Source: Burkholderiales bacterium (GTDB lineage: Bacteria; Pseudomonadota; Gammaproteobacteria; Burkholderiales; JAEUOS01). From it: a stretch of DNA of 64,000 nt. Location of the stretch: contig OZ257137.1 of the NCBI GenBank assembly GCA_965279115.1, positions 1,941,217-2,005,216 on the forward strand, read 5' to 3'. The position numbers and the translations under genes were made by a program. The notes under the pieces are model-generated. The model ran no database searches, was not told the DNA's origin, and saw only the letters and a list, made by a program, of their open reading frames with translations. Shown here piece after piece: positions 30,837 to 39,565 of this stretch. Within the stretch, counting starts at the first letter, position 1. Each line of letters opens with the position of its first letter.

Positions 30837-31289
30837 TCAGCGCGGGACCGCCCGATCAGGCGGTGCCTGCACATTGGTGTGCAGCCAGAACTGCCCGAGG
30901 CGCGCGGTTTCGGCGAGGAACTCCTCGAAGGCCACCGGCTTGCGCACATAGGCATTCGCGCCCAGCGCATAGCTGCTGACGATATCGTTGTCCTCGACCG
31001 AGGTGGTGAGCATCACCGTGGGTGTGAAGCGCGTGCGCTCCTCCATGCGCACCCGACGCAACACCTCGAGCCCGGATACCTTGGGCAGGTTGAGGTCGAG
31101 GATCAGCAGGCTGGGCATGTCCGCGCCGGTACCGGCAAAAGCGCCGTCGCCAAACAGCATGTCGAGGGCGATCGCGCCATCGGTTGCCACCACCACCTCG
31201 TTCATGATGTTGGCACGCTTGAAGGCCAGGATCGTGAGATCGGCGTCGTCCTCGTTGTCTTCCACCAGCAGGATGGTTCCCCTGTTCAC
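30837..31289 (-). CDS. Single-domain response regulator (Rcp1-like)
   Basis: ILLVEDN, LILDLNLP, VMLTTS, GANAYVRKP, FWL..N. GTG start overlaps the kinase stop. Confidence 0.9.
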   Translation of the reverse strand: MNRGTILLVEDNEDDADLTILAFKRANIMNEVVVATDGAIALDMLFGDGAFAGTGADMPSLLILDLNLPKVSGLEVLRRVRMEERTRFTPTVMLTTSVEDNDIVSSYALGANAYVRKPVAFEEFLAETARLGQFWLHTNVQAPPDRAVPR

Positions 31290-33592
31290 CGAATCTCTCC
31301 TTCTCCCGGCAAGAATACGTGAATCGTCGCGCCGCGCCCGGTTTCGCCATATGCCCGCACCCGACCACCATGCCGCTCGACAATGCGCGACACGGTGGCC
31401 AGGCCGATCCCGGTCCCCTCGAACTCCTGCTGCCCGTGCAGGCGCTGGAAGGCCTTGAACAGCTTGTCGGCATAGGCCATGTCGAATCCCGCGCCATTGT
31501 CCCGCACATGGAATTCGCACCCGCCGGCGACCGCTTCGGCGCCGAACTCGATGGTCGGCAGGACGGCGTCGCGGGTGTACTTCCACGCGTTGCTGAGCAG
31601 GTTTTCCAGCAGCAGGCGCATCAGGCCGGCATCGGCCCAGACCTCGACGCCGGAGGCGATGCGCCAGTCAACCTTGCGGCCGATCGCCTGGCGCTGCAGG
31701 TCGGCGGCGATTTCGGAGGCCAGCGCGGAGAGGTCGATGCGGTCGCGCCGCAGCTGGCTGCGGGTCACGCGGGACAGGCGCAGCATGTCGTCGATGAGCG
31801 CGCCCATGCGCGCGATGCCCTTGCGGATGCGCTGCACATTGGCCATGCCGGCCGCACCGAGCGCCGCGCCATGGGATTCGACCAGCAGGTTGGAAAAACC
31901 GTCTATGCCACGCAAGGGCGCGCGCAAGTCATGTGAAACCGAATATGCGAAGGACTCGAGTTCGCGGTTGGCGGCCGAAAGCTCGGCCGTGCGGACGGCC
32001 ACCTCGCGTTCCAGGTTCGCATTAAGCCGTACCAGTTCTGCTTCCTTTTGCGCCAGTTCGGTGATGTCGGCGCCACGATAGAAAACATGTGTCACCCGGC
32101 CCGCGCCGTCGGTGATGGGCACCAGCAGGGCGTCGCGCTGCTGCAGGCCCGCCGGTGACTCGATCTCGGACCGGTAGCGCATCACCTGCCCGGTTCCAGC
32201 CGCCATCCGGAAGGGCGCGAGCCGGCGGTCGGCACCCTCCGCTGTCAGGCCGATGGCGGTGCGCAGGAATTCGTCGACGGACCGGCCGATCCAGTCCGCG
32301 ATGCGCAGCCCCGGGAAACGACCCTCGTAGAACTCGCGCAGGGCGGCGTTGAACTGCTCGATGAACAGGATGCCGCCCTCATGGCGATACAGGGCCATCA
32401 TGTCGGTGGTGGCTTCAAACGCCGAACCGAAGCTGCCCTCGAGGACGCGGATCTTCGCTTCCGCCACCTCGATCGACGTCACGTCCATCGACACGGTGTA
32501 GCAGCCGATCACGGCGCCGTCCTCCCCGTGGCGCGGCACCAGGTTCACATGGATGCTGCGTGCCTCGCCGCCGGGACCGGGATCGCGACGCCTGTAGCTC
32601 ACCGGCTCGCCGTTGAAAACGCGCAGGAAGTGCGGTTTGACCTCCCGATAGATCGCCGGGTCCATGCCGCCACTGATGCGCATGCCCACCCGCGCTCCCG
32701 GATGGTGACCAAACATTTCGGTGAAGCGCTTGTTGACGAAGCGCAGCACCCCTTCGCGGTCGAGATAGCTGATCGCCACCGGCACGCTGTCGGTCAACAG
32801 GCGAAGCTGGGCTTCGCTGTCCTTGAGGGCGGCCGCGGCCTCGACTTCGGCGGTAACCCCGTGCCCGATGCCGTGGTAACCGATGAAACGACCGGCCGCG
32901 TCGTGAAGCGGGCGGCCGGACAGTCGCGCCCAGCGCACTTCGCCCATGCGATTGCGCCGTTGCAGCAGGAGGTTGCGGAATTCCTCACGCCTTTCAAGGC
33001 ACGCGCGATGCGCCGCCCAGGCGGCCTCGTCCATGTTGATATAGCCGATCTCCCAGAGGGTCTTGCCGAGGTCGGCCAGCGGCGGAAAGGCATTGCGCTC
33101 GAGCACCAGGCCTTCGCGCACGGTGAACCGGTAGTTCTCGTCCTGCACCCAATACCAGTCGGACGAAAGTTCAAGCAACGCGCGCTGGCGCCGCTCGCTT
33201 TCGCGCAGGGCCGTTTCGACCTGCCGTTGCGCCGTGATGTCGCGCCCGACCCCGCGATAGCCGGTGAAGGTGCCGCCCGCATCGAAGATCGGCCTGCCGC
33301 TGACCGAATACCAGCGCAATTCACCATTCGGTTTCGCACGGGCGAACTCGAAATCGCGGAACGCCTCGCGCCGGGCAAGCGTGTCACGATGGGCGCGCCA
33401 TTGCTCTTCGCTGACACCCAGGATGGGCAGTTCCCAGCGCAAGCGCCCCAGCGAATCGTCGGTGCGCTCACCGCCACGCCCGTGATACTCGCTGGACAGG
33501 GCTACAAAGCGGAGTCCGGCATCCTGTTCCCAGATCCAGTCGGAAGCGAGTTCCGCAAGCTCGCGCAACTGGTTTTCCGCCATGCCCTGCAT
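31286..33592 (-). CDS. Multi-PAS cytoplasmic sensor histidine kinase
   Basis: Repeated SDW.W.QD PAS/PAC units; H-box FAYSVSHDLRAP, N-box NLLSNAWKY, DNGAGF, GTGIGL. Start 33583 or 33592. Confidence 0.9.
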   Translation of the reverse strand: MQGMAENQLRELAELASDWIWEQDAGLRFVALSSEYHGRGGERTDDSLGRLRWELPILGVSEEQWRAHRDTLARREAFRDFEFARAKPNGELRWYSVSGRPIFDAGGTFTGYRGVGRDITAQRQVETALRESERRQRALLELSSDWYWVQDENYRFTVREGLVLERNAFPPLADLGKTLWEIGYINMDEAAWAAHRACLERREEFRNLLLQRRNRMGEVRWARLSGRPLHDAAGRFIGYHGIGHGVTAEVEAAAALKDSEAQLRLLTDSVPVAISYLDREGVLRFVNKRFTEMFGHHPGARVGMRISGGMDPAIYREVKPHFLRVFNGEPVSYRRRDPGPGGEARSIHVNLVPRHGEDGAVIGCYTVSMDVTSIEVAEAKIRVLEGSFGSAFEATTDMMALYRHEGGILFIEQFNAALREFYEGRFPGLRIADWIGRSVDEFLRTAIGLTAEGADRRLAPFRMAAGTGQVMRYRSEIESPAGLQQRDALLVPITDGAGRVTHVFYRGADITELAQKEAELVRLNANLEREVAVRTAELSAANRELESFAYSVSHDLRAPLRGIDGFSNLLVESHGAALGAAGMANVQRIRKGIARMGALIDDMLRLSRVTRSQLRRDRIDLSALASEIAADLQRQAIGRKVDWRIASGVEVWADAGLMRLLLENLLSNAWKYTRDAVLPTIEFGAEAVAGGCEFHVRDNGAGFDMAYADKLFKAFQRLHGQQEFEGTGIGLATVSRIVERHGGRVRAYGETGRGATIHVFLPGEGEIR

Positions 33593-33657
33593 GGGTTGCG
33601 ATGCGGCCGAACCGGCCGTTTCCTCCCTGCCGACATTCCGGGAAGGGTCCCCGGCGC

Positions 33658-34902
33658 TCACGCATCGCCCCTGGTCAGGTAGGGCGACTCGGCCACATTC
33701 CACGGCGCCGGCGGCTCCATCCTGAAAATCTGCCGGTAGTGCACCTCGTCGGGACCGTCGCCGATTCGCAACAGGCGCGCCCACGCGTAGGCCTGGTGGA
33801 TCGGCGTGTCATCCGAGCCGCCCATCGCGCCGAACACCTGGATGGCGCGGTCGGCGATGGTTTGCAGCAGGTTCGGCACGGCGATCTTGACCAGCGACAC
33901 GTCGCGCCACGCGCCATGGTGCCCGTCGCGATCGAGCAGCCAGGCGCAGCGCAGCGTGAGCAGGCGCGCCTGCTCGATGCCCACGCGCGCCTCGGCGATC
34001 CAGCGCTGCACGGTGTCGTAGTCGATGATCGCGCGGCCGAACGCCCGGCGCTCCGCGGCGCGCGCCATCATCAGTTGCACCATCAGCTCGGCCAGACCGA
34101 GGCAGCGCATGCAATGGTGCACGCGCGCCGGCCCGAGCCGCACCTGCGCCAGCCGGAAACCGTCGCCCGGCTTGCCGAGCAGGTTTTCGGCTGGCACCCG
34201 CACGTCGCGGAAGTCGAGTTCGCCGATGGGCGCGACATGGTCGTCGCAGCCCATCCAGCGCAAGGCGCGCACCAGCCGCACGCCCGGCGTATCCATCGGC
34301 ACCATGATCATGGAATGGCGGCGGGTGCGCTCGCCCTGGCCATCGCTTACGCCCATCACCATGAGCATGCTGCAGCGGGGATGGGCGGCGCCGGTGGAAA
34401 ACCATTTGCGGCCGTTGACCACATAGCCGTCGCCATCGGCGCGGATGGTGCATTCGATGTTGGTGGCGTCCGACGACGCCACCGCCGGCTCGGTCATGGC
34501 AAAAGCCGAGCGGGTGCGCGCTTCCAGGAGCGGCTTGAGCCAGCGCTCCTTCTGCAAGGGGGTGGCGGCGTCCTGCAGGGTGATCATGTTGGGCACATCG
34601 GGCGGCTGGCAGTTGAATACCTCCGAGGCCCAGAACAGCCGTCCCATGATCTCGGCCAGGCTTGCGTATTCAAGGTTGGAAAGCCGCGTTCCCGGCTCAT
34701 CCTCCCGCAGGCCGGGCAGGGCGAGGTTCCACAACCCTTCCGCCCGCGCCTGCTCCTGCAACTGCCCCATGAATGGCGCGGGCTCGCCGCGCAGCACCAC
34801 ATGCCGATGCCATTGACGATGCCGCGGCAACACCTCGGTCTCGAAGAATTTCAGGAGGCGGCCGCGCATGTCGGCGGCGCGCGGAGAAAGGTTGAAATCC
34901 AT
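33658..34902 (-). CDS. Acyl-CoA dehydrogenase (ACAD10/11-like group)
   Basis: GLWNL.L, FNCQPPD.PNM, SAFAMTEP.VASSDATN, RLGPAR.HHCMR, RI.DGPDEVH. Confidence 0.9.
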   Translation of the reverse strand: MDFNLSPRAADMRGRLLKFFETEVLPRHRQWHRHVVLRGEPAPFMGQLQEQARAEGLWNLALPGLREDEPGTRLSNLEYASLAEIMGRLFWASEVFNCQPPDVPNMITLQDAATPLQKERWLKPLLEARTRSAFAMTEPAVASSDATNIECTIRADGDGYVVNGRKWFSTGAAHPRCSMLMVMGVSDGQGERTRRHSMIMVPMDTPGVRLVRALRWMGCDDHVAPIGELDFRDVRVPAENLLGKPGDGFRLAQVRLGPARVHHCMRCLGLAELMVQLMMARAAERRAFGRAIIDYDTVQRWIAEARVGIEQARLLTLRCAWLLDRDGHHGAWRDVSLVKIAVPNLLQTIADRAIQVFGAMGGSDDTPIHQAYAWARLLRIGDGPDEVHYRQIFRMEPPAPWNVAESPYLTRGDA

Positions 34903-34942
34903 CGGCTATAGTTGAACGAACAAACAAAAGCGGAGACGCGAT

Positions 34943-35908
34943 ATGCGAAGCATAGCGAAGATCGGGGTTTCACTGATGCTGGCGTCATGTGCGAACGCAG
35001 CATTCGCGCAGGCCACCTTCCCTGCCAAGCCGGTCCGCGTCATCGTGCCGTATCCGGCGGGCGGTATCGTCGATGTGGTCGGGCGGGTCATCACCGACAA
35101 GCTCTCCGGCCTGTGGAATCAGCCGATCGTCGTCGAAGCCCGCCCCGGCGCCAATTCCAACATCGGCACCGATGCCGTCGCCAAGGCACCCGCCGACGGC
35201 TATACCTGGCTCATCACCGGCCCGGCGATCACCGCCAACCCGTCGCTTTCGCCGAACGCCACCTGGGATCCGAAGAAGGATTTCACCGGCCTTGGCGTGG
35301 CCGCCTGGTCGGCCGCCGCCATCGTGGTGCCGGCCGCCTCGCCGGCTGGCACGCTCAAGGAATTCGTCGCCCTTGCCAAAAGCAGACCGCTCAACTACGG
35401 CAACCCCGGCACCGGCTCCTCGATTCACTTGTCGATGGAACTCTTCAAGCAGGTGGCCGGGATCAACCTGCAGCCGATCGGCTACAAGGGCCAACCGCAA
35501 ATCGTGTCCGACCTGCTCGGTGGCCAGCTCGATGTCGCCTTTGCCGCCACCGGCCTGATCACCCAGCACGTGCAGTCGGGCAAGCTCAAGGCGCTGGGCG
35601 TGATCGGCCGCGAGCGTCTCAAGCAGCTGCCCGGCGTCCCGACCCTGATCGAAGCCGGATACGCGGAAGCCGGTGTCATGGCCTGGTACGCGTTCTTCAC
35701 CCGCGCCGGGGCGCCGCGCGAGGTGCTCGAGAAGATCAATGCCGACCTGGGTCGCGTGCTGGCGATGCCGGACGTGAAGGAGAAGATGGAAAAGCTCGGC
35801 GGGGAAGCGGCCCAGGCGATGAGCCTGGCGGAGATGGGCCGGATGGTCGCCGCCGACACCGACCGCTGGTCCGCGGTGATCAAGGCCGGCAACATCAAGG
35901 CCGAGTGA
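34943..35908 (+). CDS. Bug/TctC substrate-binding protein
   Basis: FPAKPVRVIVPYPAGG, RPGA, PADGYT, YKG. Confidence 0.9.
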   Translation: MRSIAKIGVSLMLASCANAAFAQATFPAKPVRVIVPYPAGGIVDVVGRVITDKLSGLWNQPIVVEARPGANSNIGTDAVAKAPADGYTWLITGPAITANPSLSPNATWDPKKDFTGLGVAAWSAAAIVVPAASPAGTLKEFVALAKSRPLNYGNPGTGSSIHLSMELFKQVAGINLQPIGYKGQPQIVSDLLGGQLDVAFAATGLITQHVQSGKLKALGVIGRERLKQLPGVPTLIEAGYAEAGVMAWYAFFTRAGAPREVLEKINADLGRVLAMPDVKEKMEKLGGEAAQAMSLAEMGRMVAADTDRWSAVIKAGNIKAE

Positions 35909-35909
35909 C

Positions 35910-37010
35910 ATGCCCCTCAGGAACGCGCTGTGCGAGCGCCTCGGTATTGATCTGCCGATCTTCGGCTTCTCGCATTCCGTCGAAGTCACCGTCGCGCTGG
36001 CGATGGCGGGCGGCTTTCCGGTGTTTGGCGCCGCCCGCGAGACCCCGGAGAAGATCGAGTCGGAACTCCGCGAAATCCGCTCGCGCATCGGCAGCCGCCC
36101 GTTTGGCGTGGACATCATGTATCCCGCGCTGGCGGCCGACGAACCCGACCGCGAATCCGCCCGGGCCAAGCTGCCGCAGGACGCGGTCGCGTTTGTCGAG
36201 GCCCTGCGCACCAAGTACGCGGTACCGGCACAGACGAAACCGCATTTCTTCTCGCATGTGGTGCGCAACCGCAAGCTGTTCCGTGACCAGACCGAGGCGG
36301 TACTGGCGTCCGACGTCGACGCCGTGGCCACCGCGGTTGGACTCCCGGCGCAGGTGATCGCCGCTGCAAAGTCGCGCGGCAAGACCACCTTCGCCCTGAT
36401 CGGCTCGGTGCGCCACGTCGCGCCGGCCCTGGCGGCCGGCGTCGAGATCCTGGTGGCGCAGGGCAACGATGCCGGCGGCCATACCGGGCCGGTAGGCACG
36501 TTTTCGCTGGTGCCGCAGGTGGCGCAGGCGGCGGGAAACGTCCCGGTGCTGGCGGCCGGCGGCATCGGCTGCGGCGCGCAGATCGCGGCGGCGCTGGCCA
36601 TGGGCGCACAAGGCGCCTGGCTGGGGTCCGCGTGGCTCGCCACCTGCGAGTACGGCACGCCCCCGGTATTGCTCCGCAAGATCCTGGCCGCCCGCAGCGA
36701 GGACACGGTGATGACGCGCGCCCACAGCGGCAAGCCATGCCGGGTGCTCAAGAGCGCCTGGGTCGACGAATGGGAGGCGCCCGGGGCGCCGGCACAACTG
36801 CCCATGCCCTACCAGCATGCCCTGACCGGCGAGTTGCTGGCAGCCATCGAGGAACACCAGATTGAACCGCTGGTATACGAGGCGTTGGGCCAGAGTTGCG
36901 CCTGGTTCAACGAGCTCACCACGGTGGCGGAGGTGGTCGAACGCCTGTCCGGTGAAACGCGCGCGGCTTTCGCCGCCATGGCCTGTTACGGGCCATCCTC
37001 CGGCGCCTGA
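35910..37010 (+). CDS. Nitronate monooxygenase/FabK-like FMN TIM-barrel oxidoreductase
   Basis: LGIDLPIFGFSH, AQG.DAGGHTG, PVLAAGGIG, GAW.GS.WL, SGKP.R. Confidence 0.85.
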   Translation: MPLRNALCERLGIDLPIFGFSHSVEVTVALAMAGGFPVFGAARETPEKIESELREIRSRIGSRPFGVDIMYPALAADEPDRESARAKLPQDAVAFVEALRTKYAVPAQTKPHFFSHVVRNRKLFRDQTEAVLASDVDAVATAVGLPAQVIAAAKSRGKTTFALIGSVRHVAPALAAGVEILVAQGNDAGGHTGPVGTFSLVPQVAQAAGNVPVLAAGGIGCGAQIAAALAMGAQGAWLGSAWLATCEYGTPPVLLRKILAARSEDTVMTRAHSGKPCRVLKSAWVDEWEAPGAPAQLPMPYQHALTGELLAAIEEHQIEPLVYEALGQSCAWFNELTTVAEVVERLSGETRAAFAAMACYGPSSGA

Positions 37011-37081
37011 TCTGGAATAACATTGCCGCTTGAGTGCCGCCCCACGCAGGGCAGCGCCTTCCATATCCAAAGGAGAACCCG

Positions 37082-37297
37082 ATGCCGGACCAGAAGGTCA
37101 TGCGCGTGGCGATCGCCACCGACCGTTGCCAGGGCCACAATCGCTGCTGCCTGGTGGCACCTGAATTGTTCGAGGCCGATGACGAGGGCAATGCGCAGGT
37201 GCGTGGCGACGGCGTCGTGCCCGCCGGGCTGGAAGCAAAGGCCAGGCTCGCCGTGGCCAACTGTCCGGAACATGCGGTTCGCCTGACCGGTGCCTGA
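37082..37297 (+). CDS. Single-cluster [3Fe-4S]-type ferredoxin with CxxHxxC motif
   Basis: CQGHNRC...APELF..DDEG...NCPE.A; AAGGAG RBS; immediately upstream of the P450. Confidence 0.88.
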   Translation: MPDQKVMRVAIATDRCQGHNRCCLVAPELFEADDEGNAQVRGDGVVPAGLEAKARLAVANCPEHAVRLTGA

Positions 37298-37311
37298 AAC
37301 GGAGGAACAAA

Positions 37312-38502
37312 ATGGATAGCAGACCGCCGGTCGAAGACTGGACCATCGACTTCGACCATTTCGACCCGCAATGGACCGAGAACCCGTACCCGATCTGGGA
37401 TGACCTGCGCCAGCGCTGCCCGGTGGCCACCACACAGCGCTTCCAGGACGGCGGGTACTTCCCCACCCGCTTCGACGACGTGCATGCGATCGCCTACGAC
37501 GCGGAGCACTTCTCCTCCCGCCGCATCATCGTCCGCGAGCAAAAACTGCCGCTCATGTCGGCCGCGCCGATCACCTCCGATCCCCCCGAGCACACGCCGG
37601 CGCGCAAGTTGCTGTTACCGGCTTTCGCGCCGAAGGAAATCGCCAAGCTGGAAGATCGGGCGCGACAGGTGTGTCGCGCCCTCCTCGATGCCATCGGCGA
37701 CGCGGCCTCCTGCGACGGCGCCGTCGACTACGCCCAGCACATTCCGGTGCGGGTGATCGCCCACATGCTGGGCGTGGATGAAAACAAGGGCGACCTGTTC
37801 CGCGACTGGATCTACCGCACGCTCATCGAGGGCGTGCGCAACCCGGCAGTCGCCATGGCGGCCATGCAGGAACAGTCCGCGTTTTTCAAGGAACAGCTCG
37901 AACTGCGCCGCAAGGCGCCGGGCGACGACCTGGTGAGTTTCCTCCTGCGCACCGAGTTCGAAGGCAAGCCCCTGACCGAGCCGCACATCATCGGCACGCT
38001 GCGGCTGATCCTGATCGCCGGCATCGACACGACCTGGAGCGGCATAGGCGCGGCGATCTGGCACCTGGCCACGCATCCCGAGGACCGCAAGCGCCTGGTG
38101 GCCGACCCGGGCCTGCTGCCGACGGCGATCGAGGAATTCCTGCGCGCGTATTCGCCGGTGACCATGGCGCGTGAAGTGGTGAAGGAAAAAACCCTGTCGG
38201 GCTGCCCGTTCAAGCCGGGCGGGCAGGTCCTGCTCTCGTTCCCGGCGGCCAATCGCGACCCTGCCAAGTTTGCCGACGCGGACCGTGTCCTGATCGACCG
38301 TGCCGAGAATCCGCATGCGGCGTTCGGCCTGGGGCGGCACCGCTGCCTGGGGTCCAACCTGGCGCGCATGGAAATGACGGTCGCGGTCGAGGAATGGCTC
38401 GCGCGCTTTCCGGATTTCTGCGAAACGCCCGGCAGGAAAACCACCTGGTCGGAAGGCACGGTGCGCGGGCCGCGCAACATGCCGATCACGATCAAGCGCT
38501 GA
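37312..38502 (+). CDS. Cytochrome P450
   Basis: DPPEH...R, I-helix AGIDTT, EEFLR (ExxR), ANRDP..F, heme motif FGLGRHRCLG. Confidence 0.95.
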   Translation: MDSRPPVEDWTIDFDHFDPQWTENPYPIWDDLRQRCPVATTQRFQDGGYFPTRFDDVHAIAYDAEHFSSRRIIVREQKLPLMSAAPITSDPPEHTPARKLLLPAFAPKEIAKLEDRARQVCRALLDAIGDAASCDGAVDYAQHIPVRVIAHMLGVDENKGDLFRDWIYRTLIEGVRNPAVAMAAMQEQSAFFKEQLELRRKAPGDDLVSFLLRTEFEGKPLTEPHIIGTLRLILIAGIDTTWSGIGAAIWHLATHPEDRKRLVADPGLLPTAIEEFLRAYSPVTMAREVVKEKTLSGCPFKPGGQVLLSFPAANRDPAKFADADRVLIDRAENPHAAFGLGRHRCLGSNLARMEMTVAVEEWLARFPDFCETPGRKTTWSEGTVRGPRNMPITIKR

Positions 38503-38550
38503 CCGACGACCCGCCGGTGCGGCCGTCCTGGCCGCGACCGGCGCGAGCAG

Positions 38551-39453
38551 TCAGGGCTTGCCGCCGAGCTTTTCCAGGAAGCCCTCCATCAGGCCGGCCG
38601 GCGCCTTGACCACATGCTCGTTGCCGGGGAAGCTGCCCGAGCGCACATCGGCGACAAACTCCTTGAAGGCGGCCACGCGTTCGGCCTGCATCTCCTGCTT
38701 CAACTTGAAGAAGTCTCGGTACTGCTTGGTATGGCGCGGATAAGGCGGCCCGTTGTTGCCGAGGATGTCATCGGCGAACAGGAACTGGATGTCGCCGCCG
38801 CCCCCGGCACCGATCGATGAGGTCAGCAAGGTGGTGCGCTTGCTGATCTCGGCCAGCAATTCGGCGGGAATCACTTCGACTTCGACCGCCCAGGCGCCGG
38901 CGGCTTCGAGTTTCTTGATCTCCTCGTACACCCACAGGGCTTCGTCCACCGTCTTGCCCACCGCGCGCAGGCCACCGGTCCAGGTGCTCCTGCGCGGCAC
39001 CAGCCCGGCATGGCCCTCGATGGGTATCCCGGCTTCGGTGGCGGCCGCCACGAAGCGCGGCGACCACTGGCACATGATGCCGTCGGCGCCGATTTCCATG
39101 GCCTGATAACCGATGCGCACCGCCTCATCCGCTGTGGCCGCAGCCACCAGCGGCACCGAGAACGACATGAAGGTATTGGGCGCGGCACGGCGCATTTGGG
39201 CGGCGAGTTCCGGGCGCTTCGGATCGAAGCGCACCTTCATGGTGTCGATGCCGGCCGCCTCCGCCGCGGCGGCTTCTTCCGGCGTGAATGCCAGGGTCTC
39301 GGTGAGGACGCGCTTCCCCTTCAGGTCGCGCAGGTCCTTGACGGTGTAGTTGCGGGTGCCATAGGCGCCGCCCAGGGTCATGACGCGCTTCAGGCCGCGC
39401 TGTGCCGCATCGCGCGGGGGAATGCCGCCGTCGCCGGTTGCGTGGGTTGCCAT
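38551..39453 (-). CDS. Divergent PanB-like (ketopantoate hydroxymethyltransferase/PEP-mutase fold) protein
   Basis: TVKDL..LKG, AEAAGID, GHAGLVP, GG.RAVGKT, AGAWAVEVE, SIGAG...D.QFL, F..DV.SG.FP..EH. Lacks the LVGDS motif. The ORF call over-extends upstream. Confidence 0.7.
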   Translation of the reverse strand: MATHATGDGGIPPRDAAQRGLKRVMTLGGAYGTRNYTVKDLRDLKGKRVLTETLAFTPEEAAAAEAAGIDTMKVRFDPKRPELAAQMRRAAPNTFMSFSVPLVAAATADEAVRIGYQAMEIGADGIMCQWSPRFVAAATEAGIPIEGHAGLVPRRSTWTGGLRAVGKTVDEALWVYEEIKKLEAAGAWAVEVEVIPAELLAEISKRTTLLTSSIGAGGGGDIQFLFADDILGNNGPPYPRHTKQYRDFFKLKQEMQAERVAAFKEFVADVRSGSFPGNEHVVKAPAGLMEGFLEKLGGKP

Positions 39454-39565
39454 TGCTTGTTGCTCCTTGATCAATCCATGAGAACGCCGCCGCATTGCGG
39501 CCGGCACAGCCAGATTAGCGTGAACACAACCCCACGGCAATCGCGCCTGCAAAAATGACAATGGT

